DNA from: Marsupella aquatica
Lineage: Eukaryota > Plantae > Marchantiophyta
Length of the DNA stretch: 64,000 nt
Assembly: GCA_973895155.1 (NCBI GenBank)
Contig: OZ316892.1
Coordinates: 24,623,971 to 24,687,970 of the forward strand
Direction of reading: 5' to 3'
Shown: positions 32,600 through 44,868 of the stretch, in pieces
Layout: the number at the start of each line of letters is the position of its first letter
Numbering within the stretch: position 1 is the first letter of the stretch
Made by a program: the position numbers and the translations under genes
The notes under the pieces: model-generated
Database searches by the model: none
Seen by the model: the letters and a program-made list of their open reading frames with translations, nothing else
Told to the model about the DNA's origin: nothing

Positions 32600-33390
32600 A
32601 ATGGTTAGCGTGACTGGAGAAGGATGGGTGTTGATAGTCTAGAGAACTACAAAGGGCAATCTGGAAGCAACAAAAGGCCTACTCATGGTACATAATTTCT
32701 CACATGAGGCCATAAAGCGGGGCAAAAAAGCACACAAAGAGCCCCGTGCATGCAGTAGACGCAACAATTGCCAATTATCAAAGTATATGAGGTGGTCTGA
32801 TGAGAGTCTGGCAAGAGTCCACTTGCAAAGGAGACTACTATTGTCAAAGTCTATTTGGTGAGAAGGGTGTGTGACTAAGAGTCCCATGCAAAAGGAGGAG
32901 TTTGCAACTCAGTCTCTTTCTAGTGGAGGCAGCTGCCTTTTGCTCTCTAGCTTTAAGAATTCAAAACGCTGAAAGAACTCTCAAGTTAGGTTGAGTTTGA
33001 TCCAGTTTAGTTGTTCACCAACATTCCTGCCAAAGGAGCCACGTGATAGCAACATTCTTCTGATAACAAGTTCAAATGAATGGATGGTAAGAGCAAGAAT
33101 AGATTCCATGATAAAAGGGAAGCATGGAATAATGGTGTGGATGCTCAAAAAGTGCAATGATCAATGGATCCATAACTAGCATATATATATATAAAGTATC
33201 TTTGAGGTTAGGGTCGATCACCTTCACTCTGTTGGTTTGGGCATGTTTATCTTCCCTGTTGTGGGTTGTCCCAGATTTAGTTCTGGAAAGTTCTATTGAC
33301 TTCACAAATTGGAGTTTAGTAGTGGGATCCCAAAACTCTATATTATATCCAGGGTAACATAGTTCCATCCGGTTTGCGCAGAACCTGTGC
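32600..33390 (-). mobile_element. Heavily degenerate Ty3/Gypsy integrase remnant
   Basis: Minus-strand peptides YPGYNIEFWDPTTKLQFVKSIELSRTK, HAQTNRVKVIDPNLKDTL and FLPRFMASCEKL...SRLP resemble, in the correct order, the Gypsy integrase motifs GxPxxIVSDRDP..FW, HPQTDGQTERVN..LED.L and KLxPRFxGPF..AYRL.LP. Confidence 0.5.
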
Positions 33391-33589
33391 ATCAATTATT
33401 TTTCATTTCAAGAAATAAGTTAAGGTCAGAATATTATTCATTTGTTTGTTTATTTCAGTGTTCTATGTCCTGTTTGTTTTTCATTTCAGGAAATAAGTGA
33501 AGGTCAGAATATTACTCTCCTCCTCAATTTATGCTAAGAAGTTCTTTCAACATTTTGAAAAGGACCCGGCCTAATTTTAACACTGATAT

Positions 33590-34078
33590 TTTGGGCAGCA
33601 CACAAGGGGGCAGTGGCAGCTGCCAAGGAAACTCCCATGCCACCATCAGATGGGGGCAAAGAGCTAGGCCTGCTGAGCAGCAAAAGAACAGTCCTTTGGG
33701 TCAAGGGCTCTAGGGCCGACAAGGTGACCAAAAGCCTCATCACAATAGTCTCAAAAGAAGAGAGTCGGGACAAAAACATGTGGGTGGGACGAGGGGTGGG
33801 AGGCACAGTCCAAACAAGGTGGCCTCGAACAAAGCACTAGACCAGTATCATGAAAGCAATCTGGATGTCCCCAAGGGCCACTAGCTGGCCAATGTGAACA
33901 ACGTCCTAAGATAATGCAGCCTGCTAAACATTACACACAAAGGCCTCCTCCTCGAAAGGAAATCCCAAGACCCAAATGCACTCAGTCCAAATAAGGATAT
34001 CGAGGGGCGGGGAGAAAGAGTTAGGGAGGGATGCGAAGATCAGACCCCACACTTACAGGGTTGAACTGAGAGGCCCAA
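33590..34078 (-). mobile_element. Degenerate reverse-transcriptase C-terminal fragment of a CRE/R2-group non-LTR retrotransposon
   Basis: Minus strand reads GLSVQPCKCGV*S...IWVLGFPF...FV...LGDIQIAFMILV*C...WTVPP...SLPPSDGGMGV..ATAP. This matches the pattern GLxxxxxKC / VLGxPIG / DxQxAxxLL / RTVPP / LPxxxGGLG of CRE-type RTs, with stops and frameshifts. Confidence 0.65.
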
Positions 34079-35959
34079 GAGATCCAGCTGGTCGACAAAA
34101 TGGATGTATGCATCCTTTAAGACTGAAATTGGTGTCACAAGATGAATATCATTGGCTGAGTGATTATATTCAGGTAGAATGATGGATGATCGAAGAGGGT
34201 ATTGAAATTTCAACACAACACATTACAATACAGCAAATGATATGGTCAACAACATTGAATGGAATAATTTACACATCGAGTGATTAAGGAGCATAAATAA
34301 GTGTGAATGCCTTGTAGGCATGCCCCCCCTTGTCTTTGAGTGCACACTCCAAAAGTGCAAGCTTTGCTAATTGCAAGGTGTCCCATTACTCCCTTTTCAT
34401 TAACAAGCAGTTTGTACCTTTCATAACTAAAACAATGGCCTGAATTGTTTGGCGAATGACAACTTTATAAGTGCAACCCTTGATAACTATACACAAGCAC
34501 TTATCATTAAGCGCACCGTCCCATCACATTCACTTACTTGATACTGCATGGCATTTTTTTAGTAGAATAAGATTGCACTCATGGGTAGGGGACTGACTTT
34601 TAGGGCATAGATGTAATTGAGGGTCGGAGTTGCCAGACTGTTCATTGATAGAGAATAATTGCACATTCTAACAAAGAGATGTAAACCATATACTCTAATT
34701 GATAATTGCACATTTTACAGGTTTGCACAAGTTATCACATATTGCAAATCCCTGTTTAGTGTACACCAGATGCTTCTTCCCCAGAGTGTGCACAGATAGA
34801 GAGACAACTGAGGTATGTAATAATGTACTTGTAACCCTCTCAACATCCTCCCCCCAAAGTATGATGGTTGCCCAAATGTGCATTCCTTGACATGAACCAC
34901 CAATCTTCCCAATCTACGGCCGCTGGAACGGAAACTTAAGGAAAACACTCCCCCCCTCCCCCCCCCCCCAAACAAAAAAAATAAACCAAAAAAAGTTAAA
35001 AAAAATAAATGGAGTGGGCATTGTTCTGGAGTCCATGGCCCCAGGTACTCCAGAACTCTCAGCTCCAAAAATGAAGCCTGGATGGACTAATACATTGTTT
35101 GTGGAGCTTGGATGGGACTTAGCTCAGATGGACTTTCTCAGAATGTTGTATTCAACTCAGAAAGCATCTATTACGCTTTCCATTCAAAAGTGACCTATTT
35201 CAGTAACTTAACCCAATATTCTGTAGCATCGACGCCTGTGGCCAAATGGGTCTCCTTGGTGGCTTGATGACTTGATGGCCTTGAACTTGAAAATTGTGAA
35301 GATGCCATGCCAGTACTTGGACCTACCATTGCTACCCAGTTATCAGTTCACACCCACAAAATTTTGTAAGTGTTAAGTGAAGTCATGATTCCGATTATCT
35401 TCATGGAGCTAACGGTATTAAAAAAAAAACACAAACTTTGCCATATTTTTTTTAATTTTTTTTTTAAATTTTTTTATTTTGCCAATAGATTGGTCTTCAG
35501 AGAATATACTTCCCCTTGCCCTGGTTGAGGGTAGGCCAGGGTGTTGAGGTTGACGACAAGCATCCAATGATGAAATCCAACAGAATGTTTTGGACTATTC
35601 TAAACTAGCTAGATGAACAATGAAAGGTGACAATGTAATAATTCAACTGAAAAGAGTGGCAAAGTATGTAATTGTAGTGTCAATGGAGTAAATCTCACTT
35701 TTTGGACATGGTAGAAATATGATGACAAAGAATGTGATGATTGAATAAGTATGTAGCTTACCTTAAAGAGTAAACCATAGAAGCTGTTATGACTCATGAT
35801 TGAACAAGTTTTTCCAGACCAATTTGTAAAGAAAATGGGGATCAAAAGAGAGAGAACGTAACAGGGGGGATTGATGAAAAAGCACGGTCATGATCGACCA
35901 GACTCTCAAAATGCAGCAAAGTACACTATGGCACTGACAACTCCATGTGTTAAAAAAAG

Positions 35960-36345
35960 TCTATTGCATCCTTATTATCAAAATAAGAAATGAAATATGT
36001 CATCATGTGTCATGATTGAGCAAATCAGCCTTCATGAGTGACAACCTTCATTATTGCATCTCTTCCCAGGTCTAAAAATATATTTATTGCTTCCTTATTA
36101 TCAGATTATGAAATGAAATATGCCGTCATGTATCATGATTGAGCAAATCAGCCTTCATGAGTGACAACTTTATTGCTTCTCTCCCCAGCTTTTATGTCTA
36201 TAGCTTTCTTATATTTTCTTATTATCAAATCATGATATGAAATTTGGCATCCATTCGTCATGATCGAGGAAATCATTCAGCCTCATGAATGACAACTCTG
36301 TTGATTCTCTCCAGGTCTTAAAAAACTCTATCCTCCTAATTATTA
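35960..36345. repeat. ~120-bp imperfect tandem repeat x3, with a further partial copy near 36645-36700
   Basis: Recurring CTTATTATCA...ATGAAAT..TCATGAT(T/C)GAG.AAATCA...CTTCATGAGTGACAAC. Confidence 0.8.
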
Positions 36346-37350
36346 GATTTTTACTCCAAGCCCACACTATTATCAATAGTAAGTGATGTTGAGCAAAAAT
36401 CTTGTCAAGCATTGTGGGGAGTCGATGATTTCAGGTGGCAACTAAAATTCAAAGAGCGTGCAAGTTAGGGGGAGAGTGACAGGCTGGTGCAGAAAGGTAC
36501 ACAATGACACGTTTAGGTACATCTCTTGGTTATAGGAAAAACTGTTAACGCAATCCAACAGCCAGGAGGCTTCCTGTTTTTAGAATGCACTTTGTGACTA
36601 GACCATGAAAAAGAAAGAGCAGGGTTGCATTTATAATGTTCAGATGAAAGGAAATGTCACCGTGTATCATGATTGAGAAAATACGCCTTCATGAGCGAAA
36701 TGGTATGCAGTCAAGGACCATTGTTTAGCTCCCAAGGTTTCAAAGCTCAATCTCCGCTAGTTGTCAATTTTGCTTCCTGCTGGCTCTGCTAGTGGCCAGG
36801 GGAAGTGGCTCGCTGGTATTGTCCCCTAGGAGGCCTGCCTTGTAATATATCTGGATTTTTTGTCTGTGAATTAAAAATTATTTTAAAGGAACAACCTCTC
36901 CTTAGTGGATGACAAGTTTGGTAATGTTTTTCATGAGAATTCCATGCTTCTTGCAGTTTAGAACTACTTTTCAGTGACTCCTACTTAACTTAATTTCGTC
37001 ACCTGTCAGTTTCTTGATGTTGAAGTCCACCTTGTCCTATATTTAGAGATTCATACAGATTACCTACAGTAGCTAACATAGCTCTCAGTGATTTGTCATC
37101 CAAGGTCCTTATGCCGTTTGTCCTTTATGTTGCTCTTTCAACAATGCAATTTTCTGTTTACTTCAGGGTTTTAGACTATTTTACTCAAGTGGTGCTTTCT
37201 TGAGTGAGACTTTGCCGAGGATCTCTGTACTTCAGTAGACATGTACACTAGTTTGTTACCATGGATGATCAAGCATCCATTTTCTCAATATTGATAGTTG
37301 TTCAACTATGATTTATATTTCTCAATAGCTCAATATCAGTGGGCTGCATA

Positions 37351-38310
37351 GAAGATGTCATTGCACAAAAAATGATATTGCATAAAAATGATGTTACATA
37401 AGAGATGTTGTTGCTGAAATGATGTCATTGTGCAAAAATATCATTATGTAGAAAACATTGTTGTGTGAAAGATGTCATTGCGTAAATTAGACCGTTCAAC
37501 AAAAGGGGTGTTGCATTTCAGATTTCATTGCTTAATAGACATTGTTGCATAAATGACATTGTAGTAAAAAACATCAACCACTATAACATCTAATCCTGCC
37601 AAAAGGCATAGTCTGTTTACAAATTGACTTTTAAAGTGAATCTATGAGAGCCTTTGGATATATCCTCTCACTTTCTTGGGCGGTAGGATCATCTAAAGTT
37701 GGGACAAACTATGAACTAAAGGCAAATGTACAAGAATAAGTCTGGGTACAAAGTATGTGAATACAATTCACATGAGTACAGGGAGCGCAAGGTATAAATG
37801 GATAGCATGCACTCCATCATTAACGAGTACGTGCTTATGACATTCAACTAGAAAGAGAGAAAAGAAGATGAGCAAGAAGTATTTTTTCATTTTTGAGTAA
37901 CTTTTTTATAAAGGTTTTACCTCTTTCCATTTTTGCAAGAGATGGGAGATAGATTTGGGGGGGTGGTTGTTGTCAGTTTGTTTTTAGTGGGCCATATTTG
38001 TTTTTTATTCTGTGTGGTGTGGCTTTTTTTCTATGGGAAGAGAGAGTGGCAACTCTTTTTGAGGTGCCGGTTTGGAAAACTCTAAGTTGCCAATAGAAAA
38101 CTATGCAAGAAAGGAAGTAGAATATAGAATCAAATTCTGTTATGATTTTTGTGCATAGATGGAAGAGGGATGACATCTGTTACACAACATTATCTTTGCG
38201 CAATGACATTTTCTCTCCAAACATCTTTTATACGAGATCTTTTGTGCAATGACATCTTCACATAAAAACATATTTTGCCCTACATCATCGTTTTGGCAAA
38301 CAACATCTTT
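37351..38310. mobile_element. Foldback-like non-autonomous element: two ~150-220 bp arms of short sub-repeats in inverted orientation
   Basis: GAAGATGTCATTGCACAAAA at 37351 is the reverse complement of TTTTGTGCAATGACATCTTC at ~38240. Both arms are arrays of ATGTCATTG/ATGTTG-like units. Confidence 0.55.
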
Positions 38311-39081
38311 TACTTTGGGTCTCAACATAACTAGTCATGCAAACCGTGCGGGACTGGTCCATTTTTAATCCAAATTTGAAATAACAGTTATAGTTATTTA
38401 TAAACTAACAACCCTTTCACTATAGGGGCTGCCCAGTTATAATAAACCAAGGTGTGGAACTTTAACGTTTTATCAAAGGTAGTGCACATAGGTTGGCCAC
38501 AAGTCAACAGGCCAATGGTCCTAGTGTCCTTTGGTAATTGGTACACATGGCACATAGGCATGCAGGGGTTGGGTAAGATTTTGGGCAATTTGGGTTTAGT
38601 ACCAAATTTCAAATTTGGTGGGGTGAGGGGTTTATTTAGGTTTAGGGGGCCGGGGCCACCCTAAAACTGCTTTTTCCCCTTGAACTTTTAGGGTGCACAA
38701 GATCTGGCAAGAGCCATTCATTTCTAGGGTGACTACCCTAGATTGGATGGTGTCAAATCTAACGTAATATTGAGAGCCCAAGTAACCACCGAGGCAAGGG
38801 GAGGCAAGGGCAGGTGGGGTCTGCCGAGTTGACAAATGTTGTTGGTACTATTGTCCACTTGGATTGTCCAATGTGCTAGTTGTGATGCAAGCATAGAAAA
38901 CTCAGAAGTAGCAATGGCCATTTATGCATACCATTCTTTTTTTTGGATGAAGAATCAAAAGAAATCAGCTTCATACACAATCCCAAAGAATATAAAGGGG
39001 ACTTTACAATATCTGGGGGCGCAAATTGTCACGGTTCACCCTTTTTATAAGAGGTCCATTGCATATGCTGAAGCTAAATCT

Positions 39082-39426
39082 TGTTGAGCATAGATGACAA
39101 TCACAATGGTAAGCACATGACACATCCAACGATCAAGTAATCGTCACAAAGAGATACATGGTTCACCTCCACATGAGGCTATGTTCACGGAAACACACAA
39201 GAGCTTTACTGCACTCTAGGTCAAACGGCCATACCAAGCATCCACAGCAAAAGCTCTCCTATCTCTCAACTAGCTCCATAACAATGAGCCTAAGTTCCAC
39301 TTATCCAAGCAAAAACACCGCTTGGCATATAGTGTGCATCCTAGTTAACCTAACCATGTTTCCAACTACGGTTAGCCTAACTACGGTTACATGTCATAAC
39401 CCTAGACCTTGAGTAAATACCTAACA
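39082..39426 (-). mobile_element. Solo LTR (345 bp), Copia-like, 5-bp TSD AATCT
   Basis: TG...CA termini, AATCT on both sides (39077-39081 and 39427-39431), CCGTGAACATAGCC...GGTGAACCATGTATCT on the minus strand, and a GGTTAGGTTAACTAGG block shared with the 40788 LTR. Confidence 0.85.
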
Positions 39427-40787
39427 AATCTATGGAACCAATTGTGTCAGATCTGGAGAAAAAATGCAAGAATGATCCTGAACTATCATGGACCAAGCAG
39501 CCCATTCGTTCATAATTAAAATGCATGGCCACATCTGAAAAAAGGGACATACAATTAGGTGACTAGGATGGTCATGGTTTTGCCATATTGTTGCCCCAAG
39601 TCCATGCAAAGTGAAATATATTGGTCCTCTTCCCACATGTGAATGGCTATTATTGCATCTTAAACACAGAAAAAAGGCCATCCTGCAAGTTCTTATTAAG
39701 GCCGGCCGTCAAGCGCACTTAGCATATTAGAAGGCAAGTTAGTCCCCGAGGAGCTATTAATAAACACCAGGGCTACCCGCTGCATGGCTTGGGCAGGGTT
39801 TCCCTTTGATTAGAAAAAGTCATGCAGACATCTGCCTAAGCTCAACCCCAACCAACTAACGTATCTTTTCTAGGGTTATTTTCCCCTTTGTAAGGACACA
39901 AAAGGTAGAAAAGCCACCTTTTTGGAGTGGTTCAAAAACAAGAAAGGATTCAGATGGACGACACAAGAGTGGGTGGGTCATGCCCCCTCAAGCCATGCAG
40001 TTTGTGAAGCTGCCCTACTCTATTGAAAAACTTTGTATATCAAAGATGAAGTTACACAAATACACCAACCAACAAACTTTAACTCCCAAGGTTGTCTTAC
40101 CCCTCACCTAACACCCTGTTGTAGCCCTTGAAGTCTCCCACTTAGTCCATCTTAGGTAACAAGCTCTCTAAACTTACCACTCGACCCATCCACCTTGATC
40201 ATAGATGTCTTGATTGAATTCAGCTTAGATTAAATACAAGAGATATACTTAATGGACCTCCAAACACAACTTTTTTTCCTTAATCGACCAAACCATGCAG
40301 AATTTTGTCCAACGGAACCAAACATGCAGATTCCCTCCAAGTGGACCTCCAGGCCCACTCCATACAACAATGTTCTTGTGAAAGTGTTCACCACACACTA
40401 AGTAGCCATAGGGTACCATGGTTGGGGCTGTATTGTAAATGTCGACGATAAGTATGCATTGCATGGATCACGCAAGCGCTGTAGCGCCTGGCCGCAATGA
40501 AGCACAGGGCTCCCTATTCTAGTTGAATACAAAATGGTTATTTTATTCAAACTGAAAGTAAATTAAGGTGCATGCAGCAACATCAAAGCATGCAAGTGCC
40601 GTTGTGCTCTAGCCTCTCAACTTTTTAGAATACATTGTGCCTGGCTGTAGTATTCAGATTGTGATGTATACACAACGCATGTTGTAAGCACAGTTCACAC
40701 TTGGAAAAAAATCAAGATATACAAATATCAATTTTGATTTTATGCATCTACACTTCGGTTTACCCCTAAACTCTAAGTCCTCTAACA

Positions 40788-41139
40788 TGTTGGTACTTAA
40801 CTCTAGCGCCTGGTTAGGTTAACTAGGGTGCAGACTAACTATGGTTAAGGGTTTCTGGGTTAGACTAGTGCATGGAGAGGGGGTATACCCTTGTGAGAGC
40901 ACTTCATAGTGCTCATACTTAGATTTCAATTTTAGAAGTTGAGACAGATAGAGAAGAGGATTGTCATCGAGCAGCTTGTAAGACTTTGGTAGATCAAAGT
41001 ACTGGTTTGTGCAGAAGGATTCTACTCTTGGCCGTGGATGTAGCCCAAACAAGGTAAATCACATATCTATGCACGTTGGTGTTGATTTATTGTTTACGCT
41101 GGTTCTCAGTGACATTGTGCTGTGTGATTTTTCTCAACA
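40788..41139 (+). mobile_element. Solo LTR (352 bp), Copia-like, 5-bp TSD TAACA
   Basis: TGTTGG...CTCAACA termini, TAACA on both sides (40783-40787 and 41140-41144), and the motif CCGTGGATGTAGCC...GGTAAATCACAT typical of Copia LTRs. Confidence 0.88.
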
Positions 41140-41288
41140 TAACATATATAATCTAGTTTGTATGCATTGATGTCTATGTCTACAAAATCTAACTGTAACT
41201 AGCATTCCGTATTGCCCTCCAATTTACCCCTAAACCCTGAGTCCTCTAACATATATAATACATTTTGTATACATTGATGTCCGTGTGT

Positions 41289-41504
41289 ACAAAATCTACC
41301 ATAGCATGACGCCTAGGTCACTTTGTCAATATATACGAGACCTATCTGCAGTGCTTTGTGTTGTGTTGCGGTCACATGGCGAATGGTTCAGTTGACAAAA
41401 TCTACCATAGCATGACGCCTAGGTCACTTTGTCAATATATACGAGACCTATCTGCAGTGCTTTGTGTTGTGTTGCGGTCACATGGCGAATGGTTCAGTTG
41501 ACAA
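41289..41504. repeat. Perfect 106-bp tandem duplication
   Basis: ACAAAATCTACCATAGCATGACGCCTAGG...GGTTCAGTTG occurs twice. Confidence 0.95.
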
Positions 41505-44500
41505 ACTCTATGGTCTGTGTATGCATTGTCATCAATGTATACAATGTTATTACATTGGCTCATTCAACATTACGGTTGTAGTTGATTGCATTCAGCGTTG
41601 CTGTCAAACACCAAAGAAAAGTAGAACATGCTGCATTTAATAGTGTCATTCTCACATTTTAAGGATTGCACATTGTGCTAGAAGAACATCTTACACAAAA
41701 TGGTACCTCTATCTGGTGGGCCCAGAGGTCCACTGGGCAAAAATATGGGAGGTTAAGTAAGAAAGTTGCATTTGGAGTTTCATTGAATATATCTGTTGAT
41801 AAAATAGTACATATATACATTTCTGTGTGGGTGCAACTATATATTAAAATTTCAGGACTCCTTGACTAACTTCCAATAGGACCCACACAGGCTACGAAGC
41901 CTGCAATTCTACGGAGAAATAATGATAACAACTCAATATTTCCCACAAGACACTGGCAAACTAGCAAAAGAAGGTAAAAACAAAGGTGTTCGCAGAGTTT
42001 ATTGCAGTACTTTTTGGTACAATTACTGTCCTTTAAATCACATCCTGAATAACATCTTTCTTAGTAGCAGTCATTTCAGATAAATGATGTCCAATCATAC
42101 AATTCACGTAAATCTGACTTTTTCATTCTCTTCTTAGGCTTTTGCTGGGAATGCGATTATACAAAAAATTACATGAAACATATTAAGTTTTTTTTTCATG
42201 TGTTTTCCTTTCAAAGGTACACCACATGCCTTTCACCACATGCAACCAAAATATGTCCCACACATGACTAGGAAAAATACTATGCAACAAAGGACAGTGG
42301 TGCATGTAGGGTACAGATACTCACTGGTACATGTACTCACTTGCCTTAGGTAATGACACTCAAATCAATCAAAATCAGAAACCTAGTAAACAAAAACAGG
42401 AGGTGCTTTAAATATTTTATTTAATCTCTCTCAAAGAATTTGTTTGAACCCCTCTTTGACATTTGCTAAAGGGACTGGATATTTTCAAAATTCAAAATTC
42501 TTGGGAAATAAGAGCCCTAGGATAGCACAGATTGAAACCATTAAGAGGGGTGCAAAAATTAATTCAAAATCTAAATAATACAAATGATACACCTTGGTAA
42601 GACACATTGAAATAAGAATACACAACAAAAAGTCTGAATAATACAAACTACTGAAAGGTAGATTATCCAGAGAGTATATGCGTACAGTGTAGCAGCATCA
42701 AAATAATTCATATAGCAACCCACTTCCACAAGTGCCATGTGATTTTCCAAACGATAAAATATCAATTTTGAAAGGAAAGCAAGACAATCTCCATTTCCTG
42801 TTAGGGTGGCTTTGCAAGATGTGCTGACCCAATGCTTTGCAAGATGTGCGGAACCAATGCTTCTTTTTATTCCCTCCGAGATTAAATGTAGACAGTAAAT
42901 GAGTGGAAAAGGTTACAATAAGTCCAATTGGCTGCATAAGAATTTGGGTCCATTTAGGTATGGTGTTTACCAATCCTATATACATGCAAGCAGTGGGCCC
43001 AAGCAAAGAGTGCATATTCTATCTATAATTTCCAAAGTTTGACTCCTTCATTCAAGGGGCTTGCATTTGTTGAACTTGATTTCAAAAGATCCTTGGACAT
43101 TGGAGTCTATCTTTAAAACAAAAAGTGACACTATGGTTGCTTTAGTGAACAAAGTCACAAGCATCATCTGTTGTATTGTAAAACCACCCTTACTTTATCT
43201 CAAAGCTCTTGTACTGTGGTTAACCCGCCACTGGCCATCAGATTTGGGGAGGACAAAATAGTCAAAATTGAATTTTATTTGAGAATATTTTAGATTTATT
43301 TTAGTAGCCTGGATCCACCAGGTTTTGCATGGGGGCCAATGGGGTTTTAAGCCCTAAACATTAGTCATAAGAAATTGGGTCTACAAGATTTCATTGGTCA
43401 ACCTCTAGCACCTTCATCAAAGTCGTCTGTAACAAATCTGTCGTCTTCTCATTTTCAGTTAGGCCAGTTAGACCATAGGCACCCTGGTGATTCCAGAGCT
43501 GTCACTTTATCCGTTCTGTTGGTCAGACATGATACTACGGAGGGATAACCAGGTAAATAATTATTTGTTCTGATAGTTGGTCAAGCCTGATACTACGTGA
43601 ACGACAATCTGATTTGGGCAGATTAAACTAGTTATTGAAAATTTCAGTAACCTAGGCTAAAGTTAGGAGGTGTACAATAACCCATGGGCTATAAACCCCT
43701 TGGCTCACGTACCGGCCTCTTCGGATTACAACCTGTAAAACCCCTCTTGCAGTTTTCTGATTTGTAGTTGTGGACATGGCTATGAGCCATAATTGGAGTG
43801 CCAGCTTGGCACAGGGATTACGAGTTTCAGCCATCATGTGTAGCCCGGCTTGAGGTTATGGCATTTACTAACATCTGTTACCCTAAAATAGAGAAACTGC
43901 AGTTGGGGGTTACGCTTGGTAATCCATAGTCACTTAGGGGGCCATGTGTTACCCCACATTCAATGCATGTCATGTGATTTTTCAGTACATTATTGGAGAA
44001 GAATACATGATCAGAGATTTGGAGTAGCTGACTATGAAAATTATTGTCTAGTTTTACTAAAATTAAGTGTATTCTCGTAGACTTTTAAGTGTATAGTGTT
44101 TAATTACCAGTGCATTGCAAACTAATTTTCTTTGATCTTTAAGTAAATTGATGTCTATCTGGTTTCCAGTGTACTCCGGGCAATAAAAACTAGTTGCTCA
44201 AAACTCGAGCCTAAGTTCTCCTTTTTAGGGGGCATTATAGTTCAAAATGCTTCGCAAACATGATTTTATTTTATTTTATAATCATTTTTCCAATAAAACC
44301 TGCAAAAACCCAAAGAAAGTGAGCCCAAAAATGGCAACAAGGTAAAAGGCATAACCAGGCCAACACAAACGGAGGCCGGTTTGAACCTTAAAAGGAAAGA
44401 TGGGCTTAGCCCCCTATTAAATGAGAAAGGCAATAAAGATGACTACATCCTAAGACCTAGAGCGAAAAGGCCATACAAATGGGGCCAGAGTGTAACCATT

Positions 44501-44706
44501 TTCAGAGCTACATCCTATTCCTATAATTTCTTGTTCAAAAGTCACTTTTCTCCTAGCAATAATTAGTACTATAATGGAGGTCAGGGTAGGAGTTCAAGCT
44601 TGAACCCTCTCCAAGAAAGCTCAAAAAGACTTCCTTGCTGACCCCTATCACTTCTTCTTCTTACACTTTTTCACTCTCTGTTCACAAGGTTATATACTAG
44701 TAATGC

Positions 44707-44868
44707 CACACCAGACCATAATTATTCTATACTTGGGATAACCTATGGGGTGGAGTGGGTCAGAGATATGTCATGTTTACAAGCGATTTGTTCACACCAG
44801 ACTATCATTATTCTATACTTGTTATAACCTATGGGGTGGAGTGGGTCATAGATAAGTCATGTTTACAA
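44707..44868. repeat. ~86-bp imperfect tandem duplication
   Basis: CACACCAGAC...ATAACCTATGGGGTGGAGTGGGTCA...TCATGTTTACAA occurs twice. Confidence 0.9.

Noticed and set aside
40240-40523. Possible non-autonomous Helitron (GC-rich stem followed by CTAG-T)
   Set aside because: The hairpin is imperfect and no clear 5' TC end was found; it cannot be supported without other copies.
43061-43261. HLLNLISKD resembling the hAT transposase CxxHxLNL motif
   Set aside because: A single short motif with no other hAT motifs before or after it.
43795-43815. Partial match to the complement of miR536 (CAGCTTGGCAC)
   Set aside because: Only ~11 nt match and no precursor-length hairpin.
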